From assembly GCA_963748015.1 (NCBI GenBank), contig CAVVHE010000004.1, forward strand, positions 1,920,001-1,984,000: 64,000 bases of DNA. The letters are read 5' to 3'. Of the stretch, positions 19,839 to 28,128 are shown in pieces. Numbering within the stretch: the stretch's first letter is position 1; the number at the start of each line of letters is the position of its first letter. The notes beneath the pieces were generated by a model. It searched no databases, had not been told where the DNA came from, and saw only the letters and a list, made by a program, of their open reading frames with translations. Both the position numbers and the translations under genes were made by a program. Origin of the DNA: Terriglobia bacterium (GTDB lineage: Bacteria > Acidobacteriota > Polarisedimenticolia > Polarisedimenticolales > JAIQFR01).

Positions 19839-21062
19839 ATGGCTTCGGCTAGCGCACGCGGTGAGGCCGGGAGGCGGGGCGACGACGTTCGGTCCGACCT
19901 GTTCGTCGCCGTCGAGGCGAGGGGTGCCGGCGGCATCGAGATCGAGCTGAGGTCGCGCGTCGGCGCCTACTACGGCGACTCGATCCGCGCCCAGGTCGCG
20001 GAAACGCTCGGGGCGCTCGGCGTCGCGCACGCCCGCGTCGAGGTGGACGACCAGGGCGCCCTCCCGTTCGTCATCGAGGCGCGGGTGGAGGCGGCCGCCC
20101 GGCGTGCCGGGCTCGGCAAGGGGCGCGATGCGCGCCCGAAGGCCGACGTTCCGGCCCGGGCTCCCTCGGCCCGGGACCGGCTCAGGCGCTCGAGGCTCTA
20201 CCTCCCGGGAAACGAGCCCAAGTTCATGGTCAACGCGGGGCTGCACCGGCCCGACGGGATCATCCTCGACCTCGAGGACTCCGTGCACGCCGGCGAGAAG
20301 GACGCGGCGCGCCTCCTGGTCCGCAACGCGCTCCGGACGGTGGATTTCGGCGACGCGGAGCGGATGGTGCGGATCAACCAGCTTCCGCTGGGGCTCGAGG
20401 ACCTCGACGCCGTCGTCCCCGAGCATCCCGAGCTGATCCTGATCCCGAAGGTGGAGCGCGCCGAGCAGATGCGCGAGGTGCACCTCGCCGTGGCCGAGAT
20501 TCTCGCCCGGAGCGGCGGCGCCCGCCCGCTGTGGCTGATGCCGATCCTCGAGTCCGCGGAGGGGATCGAGCACGCGTACGAGATCGCCAGGGCGTCCGAC
20601 CGGACGGTCGCGCTCACGGTCGGCCTCGAGGATTACACCGCGGACCTCGGCGTGGCGAAGACGAAGGAGGGATCCGAAACCCTCTTCGCGCGAATGCGCC
20701 TGGTCAACGCCGCTCGCGCGGCGGGGCTTCAGGCCATCGACTCGGTGTACGGGGACGTGGGCGACCTCGAAGGGCTCGGGGCATGGGCCGTTCGCTCCCG
20801 GGCGATGGGGTTCGAAGGGATGGGGTGCGTGCACCCGCGCCAGATCGCGCCGATCCACGAGGCGTTCGCTCCGTCGAAGGGCGAGATCGAGAAGGCGCTC
20901 CGGATCGAGGCGGCTTTCCGGGACGCGCAGGAGAAGGGACTCGGCGTCGTCAGCCTCGGCTCGAAGATGGTCGACCCTCCGGTCGTCGAGCGCGCCCGCC
21001 GCCTCGTGGAGCGCGCCCGCAAGATGGGGCTCGTCCCGGCCCCCGGGGAGCAGCATCGATGA
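19839..21062 (+). CDS. citE: Citrate-lyase-type ACP (CitD) fused to citryl-ACP lyase beta subunit (CitE)
   Basis: N-domain RSD...IELRSRVGAYYGDSIR...VDDQGAL..IEARVE (CitD-like), then RRSRLYLPGN, LDLEDSV, VRIN, IPKVE, ILESA, GLEDYTADLG, CVHPRQI; AGGAGG RBS. Confidence 0.9.
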   Translation: MASASARGEAGRRGDDVRSDLFVAVEARGAGGIEIELRSRVGAYYGDSIRAQVAETLGALGVAHARVEVDDQGALPFVIEARVEAAARRAGLGKGRDARPKADVPARAPSARDRLRRSRLYLPGNEPKFMVNAGLHRPDGIILDLEDSVHAGEKDAARLLVRNALRTVDFGDAERMVRINQLPLGLEDLDAVVPEHPELILIPKVERAEQMREVHLAVAEILARSGGARPLWLMPILESAEGIEHAYEIARASDRTVALTVGLEDYTADLGVAKTKEGSETLFARMRLVNAARAAGLQAIDSVYGDVGDLEGLGAWAVRSRAMGFEGMGCVHPRQIAPIHEAFAPSKGEIEKALRIEAAFRDAQEKGLGVVSLGSKMVDPPVVERARRLVERARKMGLVPAPGEQHR

Positions 21063-22624
21063 GCGCGAAGGTCGAGATGGTCCAGAACGCGGCCGGTCGC
21101 CGCGTCCCCTCCGTCGTCAACGGGCGCGAGCAGGCCGCGTATGCCGGGATCGGGAAGCGCGCGCCGGAAGGACGGAAGCATGCCCCTCCGATCCGCAGCT
21201 GCGCGGACTACCCCGCGAACGGCGACAAGCGCGTTCCGGATCTCGAGACGGCGCTCAAGCTGTGCGGCCTCCGCGACGGGATGACGATCTCGAACCACCA
21301 CCATCTCCGGAACGGCGACCGCATCGCGCTCGAAGCGCTCCAGGCCGCCGACCGCCTGGGGGTCAAGGACCTGATGTGGTTCCCGAGCGCCTCCTTCCCC
21401 TGCCAGGAGCCCGTGATGGGGCTGATGGACCGGGGCGTGGTCCATCACATCGAGGGCTCGATGAACGGACCGCTCGGCGAGTACTGCTCGCGGGGGAAGA
21501 TGCGCGGATTGGGGGTGCTCCGCTCCCACGGCGGGCGCTGGCAGGCGATCCAGGACGGCGAGGTCCACATCGACATCGCGGTGATCGCGGCGCCGACCGC
21601 GGACCCCTTCGGCAATGCCGACGGCTCGCACGGGAGATCCGCCTGCGGCTCGCTCGGGTTCGCCCTCGCCGACTCCGTCTACTCGGACCGTGTCATCGTC
21701 GTCACCGACAACCTCGTCGCGTTCCCCTGCGTCCCCTGGCAGATCCAGGGAAACAACGTGGACTACGTGGTCGAGGTCCCGTCCATCGGCGACCCGGCGA
21801 AAATCGTCTCCGGCACGACCGAGATCACGAAGAGCCCCGACCGGCTGCTGATCGCGGAGTACATCGCGCGCTTCCTCCGCGACGCCGGGATCATGAGGGA
21901 CGGCTTCTCGTTCCAGGCGGGGGCCGGCGGAATCGCCCTCGCCTTCGTGATGTACCTGCGCGACATGATGAGAGAGACCGGGATCAAGGCGCGTTTCGTC
22001 CGAGGCGGCTCGACGAAGTACCTGGTGCAGCTCCTCGAGGAGGGGCTCGTGGACTACATTCTCGACGGGCAGACCTTCGACCTCGCGGGCGTCGCCTCCA
22101 TCGCCTCGAACCCGCGCCACCTCGCGTCCTCGCCGTTCACCTCGTACAACTACAACGGCAAGGGGAACTTCGCCTCGATGGTGGACGCCGTGGTGCTGGG
22201 CGCGACCGAGGTGGACGTGAACTTCAACGCCAATGTCGTGACCCACTCCGACGGCCGCCTCCTGCACGGCATCGGCGGATGGCAGAACTGCCTGTTCTCG
22301 GGGTGCACGATCCTGGCCGTCCCCTCCTTCCGCGACCGGATCCCCGTCATCGTGGACGAGGTCACGACCCTCGTCGGCCCCGGCGAGATGGTGGACGTGA
22401 TCGCCACCGAGCGCGGGATCGCGATCAACCCGAGGCGGAAGGACCTCCTCGACGCCGTGAAGGGCTCGACGCTCCCGATCCGGCCGATCGAGGAGATCAA
22501 GGCCGAGGTCGAGGGGATCTGCGGCGGCGCGCCGAGGAAGCCTCGATTCAAGGACAACCCGGTCGCGATCGTGAAGTGGGTGGACGGGACGATCCTCGAC
22601 ACCATCCTGCAGATCGAGGAATAG
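21059..22624 (+). CDS. citF: Citrate-lyase-type alpha subunit (citrate:acetyl-ACP transferase)
   Basis: GLRDGMTISNHHHLRNGD, RSHGGR, ACGSLG, SIGDPAKI, GFSFQAGAGG, LGATEVDVNFNANV, TERGIAINP. Confidence 0.93.
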   Translation: MSAKVEMVQNAAGRRVPSVVNGREQAAYAGIGKRAPEGRKHAPPIRSCADYPANGDKRVPDLETALKLCGLRDGMTISNHHHLRNGDRIALEALQAADRLGVKDLMWFPSASFPCQEPVMGLMDRGVVHHIEGSMNGPLGEYCSRGKMRGLGVLRSHGGRWQAIQDGEVHIDIAVIAAPTADPFGNADGSHGRSACGSLGFALADSVYSDRVIVVTDNLVAFPCVPWQIQGNNVDYVVEVPSIGDPAKIVSGTTEITKSPDRLLIAEYIARFLRDAGIMRDGFSFQAGAGGIALAFVMYLRDMMRETGIKARFVRGGSTKYLVQLLEEGLVDYILDGQTFDLAGVASIASNPRHLASSPFTSYNYNGKGNFASMVDAVVLGATEVDVNFNANVVTHSDGRLLHGIGGWQNCLFSGCTILAVPSFRDRIPVIVDEVTTLVGPGEMVDVIATERGIAINPRRKDLLDAVKGSTLPIRPIEEIKAEVEGICGGAPRKPRFKDNPVAIVKWVDGTILDTILQIEE

Positions 22625-22679
22625 CCTTCGCTCTGGCTCGCAGGGCGCGACCATGTGGGTGTCATCGATCCGATCCGGA

Positions 22680-22785
22680 TTCGAATCCAGCGCGCACAGA
22701 GCCTAGCGGCTCGCCCTCGGCGGAATGCGTTCGTAGCCAGCCCTTTTCCGGGCTGGCGAGAACGCATTCCGCCGAGGGCGAGCCG
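22680..22785. repeat. REP-like hairpin, same family as 10343-10552
   Basis: 26-bp perfect stem 22707-22732/22760-22785 with loop gtagccagcccttttccgggctggcga; 12-mer ttcgaatccagc (22680-22691) is the reverse complement of 10441-10452. Confidence 0.8.
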
Positions 22786-22850
22786 TGGACCCGACAGCGA
22801 ACAAGGGCAACCGCGTTCGCAGCGGAGTTAGCCTCCGAATCTCGGATTCG

Positions 22851-22878
22851 GCAACCTTGGGCAGCCTTCTTGCGTTCT
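22851..22878 (+). promoter_or_regulatory. Putative ECF-sigma autoregulatory promoter
   Basis: GCAACC-N16-CGTTCT just upstream of the ECF sigma ATG; fits the AAC/CGT ECF consensus. Confidence 0.6.
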
Positions 22879-22889
22879 AGGTAGGGAGT

Positions 22890-23402
22890 ATGACGGATGA
22901 GGGCTTCGAGCTTGCCGTGCGGGAGCACCGGAACCGGGTGAACAGCCACGCGTTCTGGCTCCTCCGTGACGGCGAGGACGCCCGGGACATCTCCCAGGAG
23001 GCGATGGTGAGGCTCTGGCGGCACCGGAGCGAGGTTCCCGACGCGGCGGCGCGGACCTGGCTGCTCCGGACCACCCATCGCCTGTGCCTCGACAGGCTCA
23101 GGCGGCGCGCGGCCCGGCCGGAGGTGTCCGAGGAGCTGGCGCCGGGTCCGGCATGGACCGATCCCTCCCCCGATCCCGAGCGCCGCGCGGCCGCCCAAGC
23201 GCTGGGCGGGATCCTCGAGCGCGCCCTCGGCCGGCTCGCACCTCGCGACCGGGCGATCGTGTTGCTGCGCGAGGTCGAGGGGGTCCCGTACGACGAGATC
23301 GCCGAGACGCTCGGCCTGCCCCTCGGCACGGTCAAGGCGGCTCTCCACCGGTCCCGGGAGAAGCTTCGCGAGGCTCTCCTGCGCGCGGGGGTGCACCCGT
23401 GA
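22890..23402 (+). CDS. ECF RNA polymerase sigma factor
   Basis: DARDISQEAMVRLW, TWLLR..HRLCLDRLR, LREVEGVPYDEIAETLGLPLGTVKAALHRSR. Confidence 0.95.
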   Translation: MTDEGFELAVREHRNRVNSHAFWLLRDGEDARDISQEAMVRLWRHRSEVPDAAARTWLLRTTHRLCLDRLRRRAARPEVSEELAPGPAWTDPSPDPERRAAAQALGGILERALGRLAPRDRAIVLLREVEGVPYDEIAETLGLPLGTVKAALHRSREKLREALLRAGVHP

Positions 23403-23920
23403 GCGACTGCGGTACCTTTCGCCCGCTCCTCCACGAGCGGCTCGACGGCGAGCTCGGGGCCGGCGCGGCCCTTGCCCTCGACGCCCACCTCGCGGCGTGC
23501 CCGGACTGCCGCTCCGCGGCGGAAGGACTGGCCGCCGTCCGCTCGGGACTGCTCGCGCTCCCGGAGCACCCGCTCCCCGAGGAGGCCATCGACGAGATCC
23601 TGGACCGCACCGTGCGCGACCGGCGCCCGCGAGCCCGCTTCGCGGCGTACTGGCCCGCGTGGGCCGGCGCGGCCGCGCTCGCAGCGCTCGCGCTGCTTCT
23701 CCTTCGCTTGCCGCTCTCCCCTTCCGTCCCCGCCGAGACGTCTCCCGGCGACGTCGCCAAGGCGGCGAGCGAGGCGCGTCTCGTGCTCTCGCTGGCCTCG
23801 GGCGCGCTGCACCGCGCCGAGAGGGCCGCCGGGAACAGGATTCTCGCCGGGGAGATCGCTCCCGCGTTGCGCCGCGTTCCGATCCGCTGGGCCGTCCGGC
23901 CCGAACCGAGGAAGTCATGA
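23399..23920 (+). CDS. zf-HC2 anti-sigma factor, membrane anchored
   Basis: GTGA overlap; LDGEL...HLAACPDC (HxxxCxxC); single TM helix. Confidence 0.88.
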   Translation: MSDCGTFRPLLHERLDGELGAGAALALDAHLAACPDCRSAAEGLAAVRSGLLALPEHPLPEEAIDEILDRTVRDRRPRARFAAYWPAWAGAAALAALALLLLRLPLSPSVPAETSPGDVAKAASEARLVLSLASGALHRAERAAGNRILAGEIAPALRRVPIRWAVRPEPRKS

Positions 23921-24573
23921 CCAAGCGACCGTTCGCTTCGATCCTTCTGGCGCTCGCCGTCTGCCTTGCCGTCGCGGCGCCACCCGCGCGCGCCGGGGAC
24001 CGCGAAACCGCCGGCATCCGAGGGTTCGTGGACGGCTCCGCGTTCGGCCGGCTCGCGGGAGAGGAGTCCGAGCTGGTCGAGATTCACCTCGGCCCGGCCC
24101 TGCTCGGCGCCATCGCCCGCGGCGCGAAGGACGACCCGGACGCGGCGGCGCTCCTCGGCGGGCTTCGATCGGTGTCGGCGTACATCGTGGGTCTCGGAGG
24201 CGACCCGGACCGCACTGCGAGAGCCATGAAGCTGTTCCGGGAGATCGAGGAGCAGCTGGAGCGCGGCGGCTGGGAGCGTCTCGCCCGGGTCCGGGAGAAG
24301 GGAGAGCGCGTCAACGTGTTCGTGCTGGGCAACGGAGCGGCCGTCGAAGGGCTCGTGGTCCTGGTCTTCGACAAGGAAGACGGCCAGGTCGTGTTCGCGA
24401 ATCTCGCCGGGTCCCTCGACCTCGCCAAGCTCGGGAGCATCCAGGACGCGCTCGACGTTCCGGGGCTCGACGAGCTGAGCGAGACGAAACGTCCGGCGGG
24501 AGCAGGCGCCGGGGCGCCGAAGAAGAAAGGCGGGGCGCCGCCCGACGCGCGCCCCGAGGAGGAGGCGCCGTGA
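23917..24573 (+). CDS. DUF4252-like secreted protein
   Basis: Signal peptide; GWERLARVREKGERVNVFV..VEGLVVLV..VVFANLAGSLDLAKL. Confidence 0.8.
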   Translation: MTKRPFASILLALAVCLAVAAPPARAGDRETAGIRGFVDGSAFGRLAGEESELVEIHLGPALLGAIARGAKDDPDAAALLGGLRSVSAYIVGLGGDPDRTARAMKLFREIEEQLERGGWERLARVREKGERVNVFVLGNGAAVEGLVVLVFDKEDGQVVFANLAGSLDLAKLGSIQDALDVPGLDELSETKRPAGAGAGAPKKKGGAPPDARPEEEAP

Positions 24574-25118
24574 CCCTCGCGAAGGCGCTTCGATCCGGCA
24601 TCGTCGCCGCGCTGGCGGCCGCGAGCGCCGCGTGCGTGACGTATCGCGGACCCCGCGGCATCGAGTCCGCCATCGAGGACCAGATGGGAGTGGGCCTCGA
24701 GCGGGAGTTCGGCCTGAAGCTCGGCTGGACGGCGACGAAGATCACGGGGGCGATCGTCGCGCACGACGGCGACGAGGACGCGCTGGCTTTCAAGGACCTC
24801 ACCGGGGTCGGCGTCGCCGTGTTCAAGGTGCCGGAAGGCGCCTCGCGCGCCGCCACCGGGCTCGATCCCGCGCGCCTCCATCTCGCAAGCTTCGAGACCG
24901 TCCTCAACGTGCGCGACCGGGACGGCCAGGTTCTCGTCCTCGCGAAGACGCGCCACAACTCGATTCACGAGGTCGTGTTCCTGTCTTGTGACGACGAAGA
25001 GGTCGTCGTGGCCCGGCTGCGCGGCGACCTCGACCGGCTGCTGGAGCAGCTGGCGCGAGCCTCCGAAGAGGACGGCGTTCGCGGCGCGCGTCGCGCCGTT
25101 CCCGTGGCTTCGCGCTAA
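24570..25118 (+). CDS. DUF4252-like putative lipoprotein
   Basis: GTGA overlap; signal ending SAAC; FETVLNVRD..QVLVL..EVVVARLRGDL resembles the preceding paralog. Confidence 0.7.
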   Translation: MTLAKALRSGIVAALAAASAACVTYRGPRGIESAIEDQMGVGLEREFGLKLGWTATKITGAIVAHDGDEDALAFKDLTGVGVAVFKVPEGASRAATGLDPARLHLASFETVLNVRDRDGQVLVLAKTRHNSIHEVVFLSCDDEEVVVARLRGDLDRLLEQLARASEEDGVRGARRAVPVASR

Positions 25119-25291
25119 GCCTTGCCCGCTCGCCGGGGACGCGCGGCCGGGTAAACCGCTTCATCCACATTCATCGGCTCGGCCGGCAGCCGTGCCGGGG
25201 CGCGGGCCGCTCATGAAGCGGCAGGACGTCCCCCTGTCCCGGGTACGTTTGGTGCTGTTGAATTTCGCAACTCCAAGGAAGCGATAGATCG

Positions 25292-25337
25292 TTGTACTAA
25301 TCGACGAACAGGGGTATATTTGAGACAGATAGCTCAA
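25292..25337 (+). promoter_or_regulatory. Sigma-70 promoter with an overlapping palindromic operator
   Basis: TTGTAC-N17-TATATT (25292-25320), then TTGAG-N8-CTCAA (25320-25337), in an AT-rich patch. Confidence 0.6.
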
Positions 25338-25353
25338 TTCGGAGGGATGCGGC

Positions 25354-25746
25354 ATGAGCAGATCTCTCGAATCCCACAGGACGACGGAAGCGGAGGTGCT
25401 CGAGAGCCTCGGCCTGCGATGGGCGGTGCTTTCGGCCTGGCACGAGGACTTGCGATCCCGCGGCGTCGCCTTCGACGCGAACGTCGCGAGGATGCTCGAG
25501 ACGAGCCGGATCGAGATCGCCTCCGGATGCATGTCGAGCTGCCAGGTCGGCTGCGATCTGGCGCGGCTCGAGGCGGCGCTGGTAGCGAGGGCGGCCTCCG
25601 TCGCCCCGGATAGCGTGGACGAGTGGATCGACACGCTGTCGGAGGCGATGACCGCGCCGGAGGACCTGAAGCGCCGGCCGTGGTTCCGGTCGGTGAACGT
25701 CTCGCACCTCGACTGCGGCTACCGTCCCTGCGTCTGCCCGGTCTGA
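25354..25746 (+). CDS. Small Cys-rich hypothetical protein
   Basis: GGAGGG RBS and own promoter; CxxxCxxxC and C-terminal CxxxxCxC. Confidence 0.75.
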   Translation: MSRSLESHRTTEAEVLESLGLRWAVLSAWHEDLRSRGVAFDANVARMLETSRIEIASGCMSSCQVGCDLARLEAALVARAASVAPDSVDEWIDTLSEAMTAPEDLKRRPWFRSVNVSHLDCGYRPCVCPV

Positions 25747-26810
25747 GCCGCTCCCGCGGCCGGCTCCGGCTCGTGCCGAGGCCATCCCGGAGCGCCCCCT
25801 CCGATCGCGTGCAGGTAGTAGTGCGCGGCGCTGCCGAGGAAGTGGGCCTGCCCGGCGGCCGCCGTCTCGAGCGTCCGAGCGAGGCCCACGAGCCCGATCT
25901 CTCCCTCCTCGTAGAGCGTCTCGAAGGGAAGTAGCGACCGCCCCTCGGGGTCGGGCGGCGACGTCTCGAAGAGCGACTCGGTGGGCCCGTAGCGAACCTC
26001 GTCGGCGATGTTCTCCCACGCGTGGCGCGATCCTTCCCCGTCCGACCCGTCGAGGTAGTTCATCAGCGTGACGAAATCCACGCGGTCCTGGACGTGGTGG
26101 ATGAGGGTCTTCTCGGCGCCGGCGTAGCTCAGCGCGTAGCTTTCCCGTTCGTCGTCGCGGTCGAGCCACGTCGGGAGCGTCACGGCGAGCGCGTGGCGTG
26201 GCGTCGCGGCCGAGAGGCGCGCTCGAACGCGGTCCAGGAGATCCAGGTACTCCCCGGCCAGCCTGCGATTCCTGCGGTCGTCCCGCAGCCCGCCGCGTCC
26301 GGCCCGCCACACGGCGCGGTAGCGGAACAGGAGATCGCGGCTGCGCGCGCCGTGCGGTTCGATGTCGAGCTGGATGCCGGCGAAGCGCGCTTCGCCGCCG
26401 CTCCCGTCGAAGTCGAGGATCGCCTGGACCCAGGCGAGGACCACCTCGTGGTCGCACCGGCGGCGGAGGCGGAACGGCCGGACCCAGGCGTCCTGGATCG
26501 CCCCGGCGGGCACCGCATAGACGTCGATGCCGCGGCCTCGCGCCGCGGCGAGGAACGAGCGGAGCGAGCCGGCGTCCCAGGCGGCGGGATCGGCGAGGAA
26601 GTACAGCCGCCCCACGTCCAGGGGGCCCTCGCGGCAGAGCCGTAGCAAGCGCTCCTGCGCCTCCGCGTCCGGGACCCCCGCGTCCGGGCGGCCGTCGGTC
26701 ATGGCCACCGCTTCCTGCCAGACGTAGAGGCCGTCCCCCGCGACGGCCGCACCCGCGGCGAGCGAGAGGGCCACCGCCGCGAACAGCCGTCCTGGCGGGG
26801 AGGGCGACAC
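25719..26810 (-). CDS. Secreted hypothetical protein, glycoside-hydrolase-like barrel
   Basis: Signal peptide; LYVW, FAGIQLDIEPH and DFVTLMNY motifs; directly follows pfkA. Confidence 0.65.
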   Translation of the reverse strand: MSPSPPGRLFAAVALSLAAGAAVAGDGLYVWQEAVAMTDGRPDAGVPDAEAQERLLRLCREGPLDVGRLYFLADPAAWDAGSLRSFLAAARGRGIDVYAVPAGAIQDAWVRPFRLRRRCDHEVVLAWVQAILDFDGSGGEARFAGIQLDIEPHGARSRDLLFRYRAVWRAGRGGLRDDRRNRRLAGEYLDLLDRVRARLSAATPRHALAVTLPTWLDRDDERESYALSYAGAEKTLIHHVQDRVDFVTLMNYLDGSDGEGSRHAWENIADEVRYGPTESLFETSPPDPEGRSLLPFETLYEEGEIGLVGLARTLETAAAGQAHFLGSAAHYYLHAIGGGAPGWPRHEPEPAAGAAQTGQTQGR

Positions 26811-26811
26811 C

Positions 26812-28017
26812 TCAGCGGTCGCCGAAGCAGGTCCCCACGAGCCGCGCCGACGCGATCGCAGGGTGGTCGAGCGGGACGAGCTTTCGCTGGCGCGCCACCT
26901 TCTCGAGAGAGACCGGCTCGCACCGCTCCCCGCGCACGGCGACCATCACGTTGAACACTCCCTGCGCGAGCAGCTCCGCGGCCCTCGTGCCGAGCCGCGT
27001 GCAGAGAACCCGGTCGGCCGCGGTGGGCGTGCCGCCTCGCTGGACGTGACCGAGCGAGGTGACCCGGGCTTCCGTGCCCGTGATCCTCTGGAACTGGCGC
27101 GCGAGGCGGCTCGCCATCGGCTCCCGGACCATCGTCGGCGTGCCGAGGTCCGCCTCGGTTCCCTCGTCGACCAGATCGTCCTCCGCCCGCGCGTTCCGGC
27201 GCGCCGCGGACTTGCGCGCGGGACCGGTCCCCTTCCGTCCTCTCCCTTTCGCGCCCGACCTTCCGCTCCGCTTCGACTCCGCCTCGGCCTCCTGGCGAGT
27301 CCGCGCTCCCTCGGCGACCACGATGATCGAGAATCGCTTCCCGCTGCGCCTGCGGGAGCGGAGGTGGTCGGCAACCGCGTCGAAATCGAAGGGAATCTCG
27401 GGGAGGAGGATGACGTCGGCTCCTCCCGCGATGCCGGCGCCGAGCGCGAGCCAGCCGGCGTTGTTCCCCATCACCTCGCACACGATCAGCCGGTTGTGGC
27501 TGGTCGCGGTGGAGTGGAGGCGGTCGATCGCCTCCGTCGCGATGGTGAGCGCCGTGTCGTAGCCGAACGACACGTCCGTCTCCGCGACGTCGTTGTCGAT
27601 GGTCTTGGGCAGGGTGAGCACGTTCATGCCGGCGGCCTGGTGCAGGTGCAGCGCGTTCTTCTGGGTCCCGCGCCCGCCGAGGCAGACGAGCGCGTCGATC
27701 CCGAGCCTCTTCGCGTTGGCGGCGATGGTCTCCGTCATGTCGAGGACCTTGCCGCCCATCGGCATCCGGTGTGGCTTGTCCCGGCTGGTGCCCAGGATGG
27801 TTCCCCCCAGGGTCAGGATGCCGCTCACCGAGCGCGAATCGAGCGGCCAGGTCCGGTTCTCCACGAGCCCGCGAAAACCGTCGAGGATGCCGATCACCTC
27901 GATGCCGTAGTGATCGAGGGCGGGTTTCGCGACCGCCCGGATCGCGGCGTTCAGGCCGGGGCAGTCCCCCCCGGAGGTCAGGATCCCTACGCAATGGGTG
28001 CGCGGCTTCTTCCTCAC
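26812..28017 (-). CDS. pfkA: 6-phosphofructokinase (group III-like)
   Basis: [53 protein letters not shown] 28017 with GAGGAGG RBS. Confidence 0.95.
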   Translation of the reverse strand: MRKKPRTHCVGILTSGGDCPGLNAAIRAVAKPALDHYGIEVIGILDGFRGLVENRTWPLDSRSVSGILTLGGTILGTSRDKPHRMPMGGKVLDMTETIAANAKRLGIDALVCLGGRGTQKNALHLHQAAGMNVLTLPKTIDNDVAETDVSFGYDTALTIATEAIDRLHSTATSHNRLIVCEVMGNNAGWLALGAGIAGGADVILLPEIPFDFDAVADHLRSRRRSGKRFSIIVVAEGARTRQEAEAESKRSGRSGAKGRGRKGTGPARKSAARRNARAEDDLVDEGTEADLGTPTMVREPMASRLARQFQRITGTEARVTSLGHVQRGGTPTAADRVLCTRLGTRAAELLAQGVFNVMVAVRGERCEPVSLEKVARQRKLVPLDHPAIASARLVGTCFGDR

Positions 28018-28128
28018 GGAATTCCCCTCCTCGCAATCCGGCGGGAGCATTCTACCCGGATCGGGAGCGAGCTCCGGCCGAATCGGCGGCGGCACCGGCG
28101 GTTCCGCGAGTTGGAGGCGTGAACTTCG

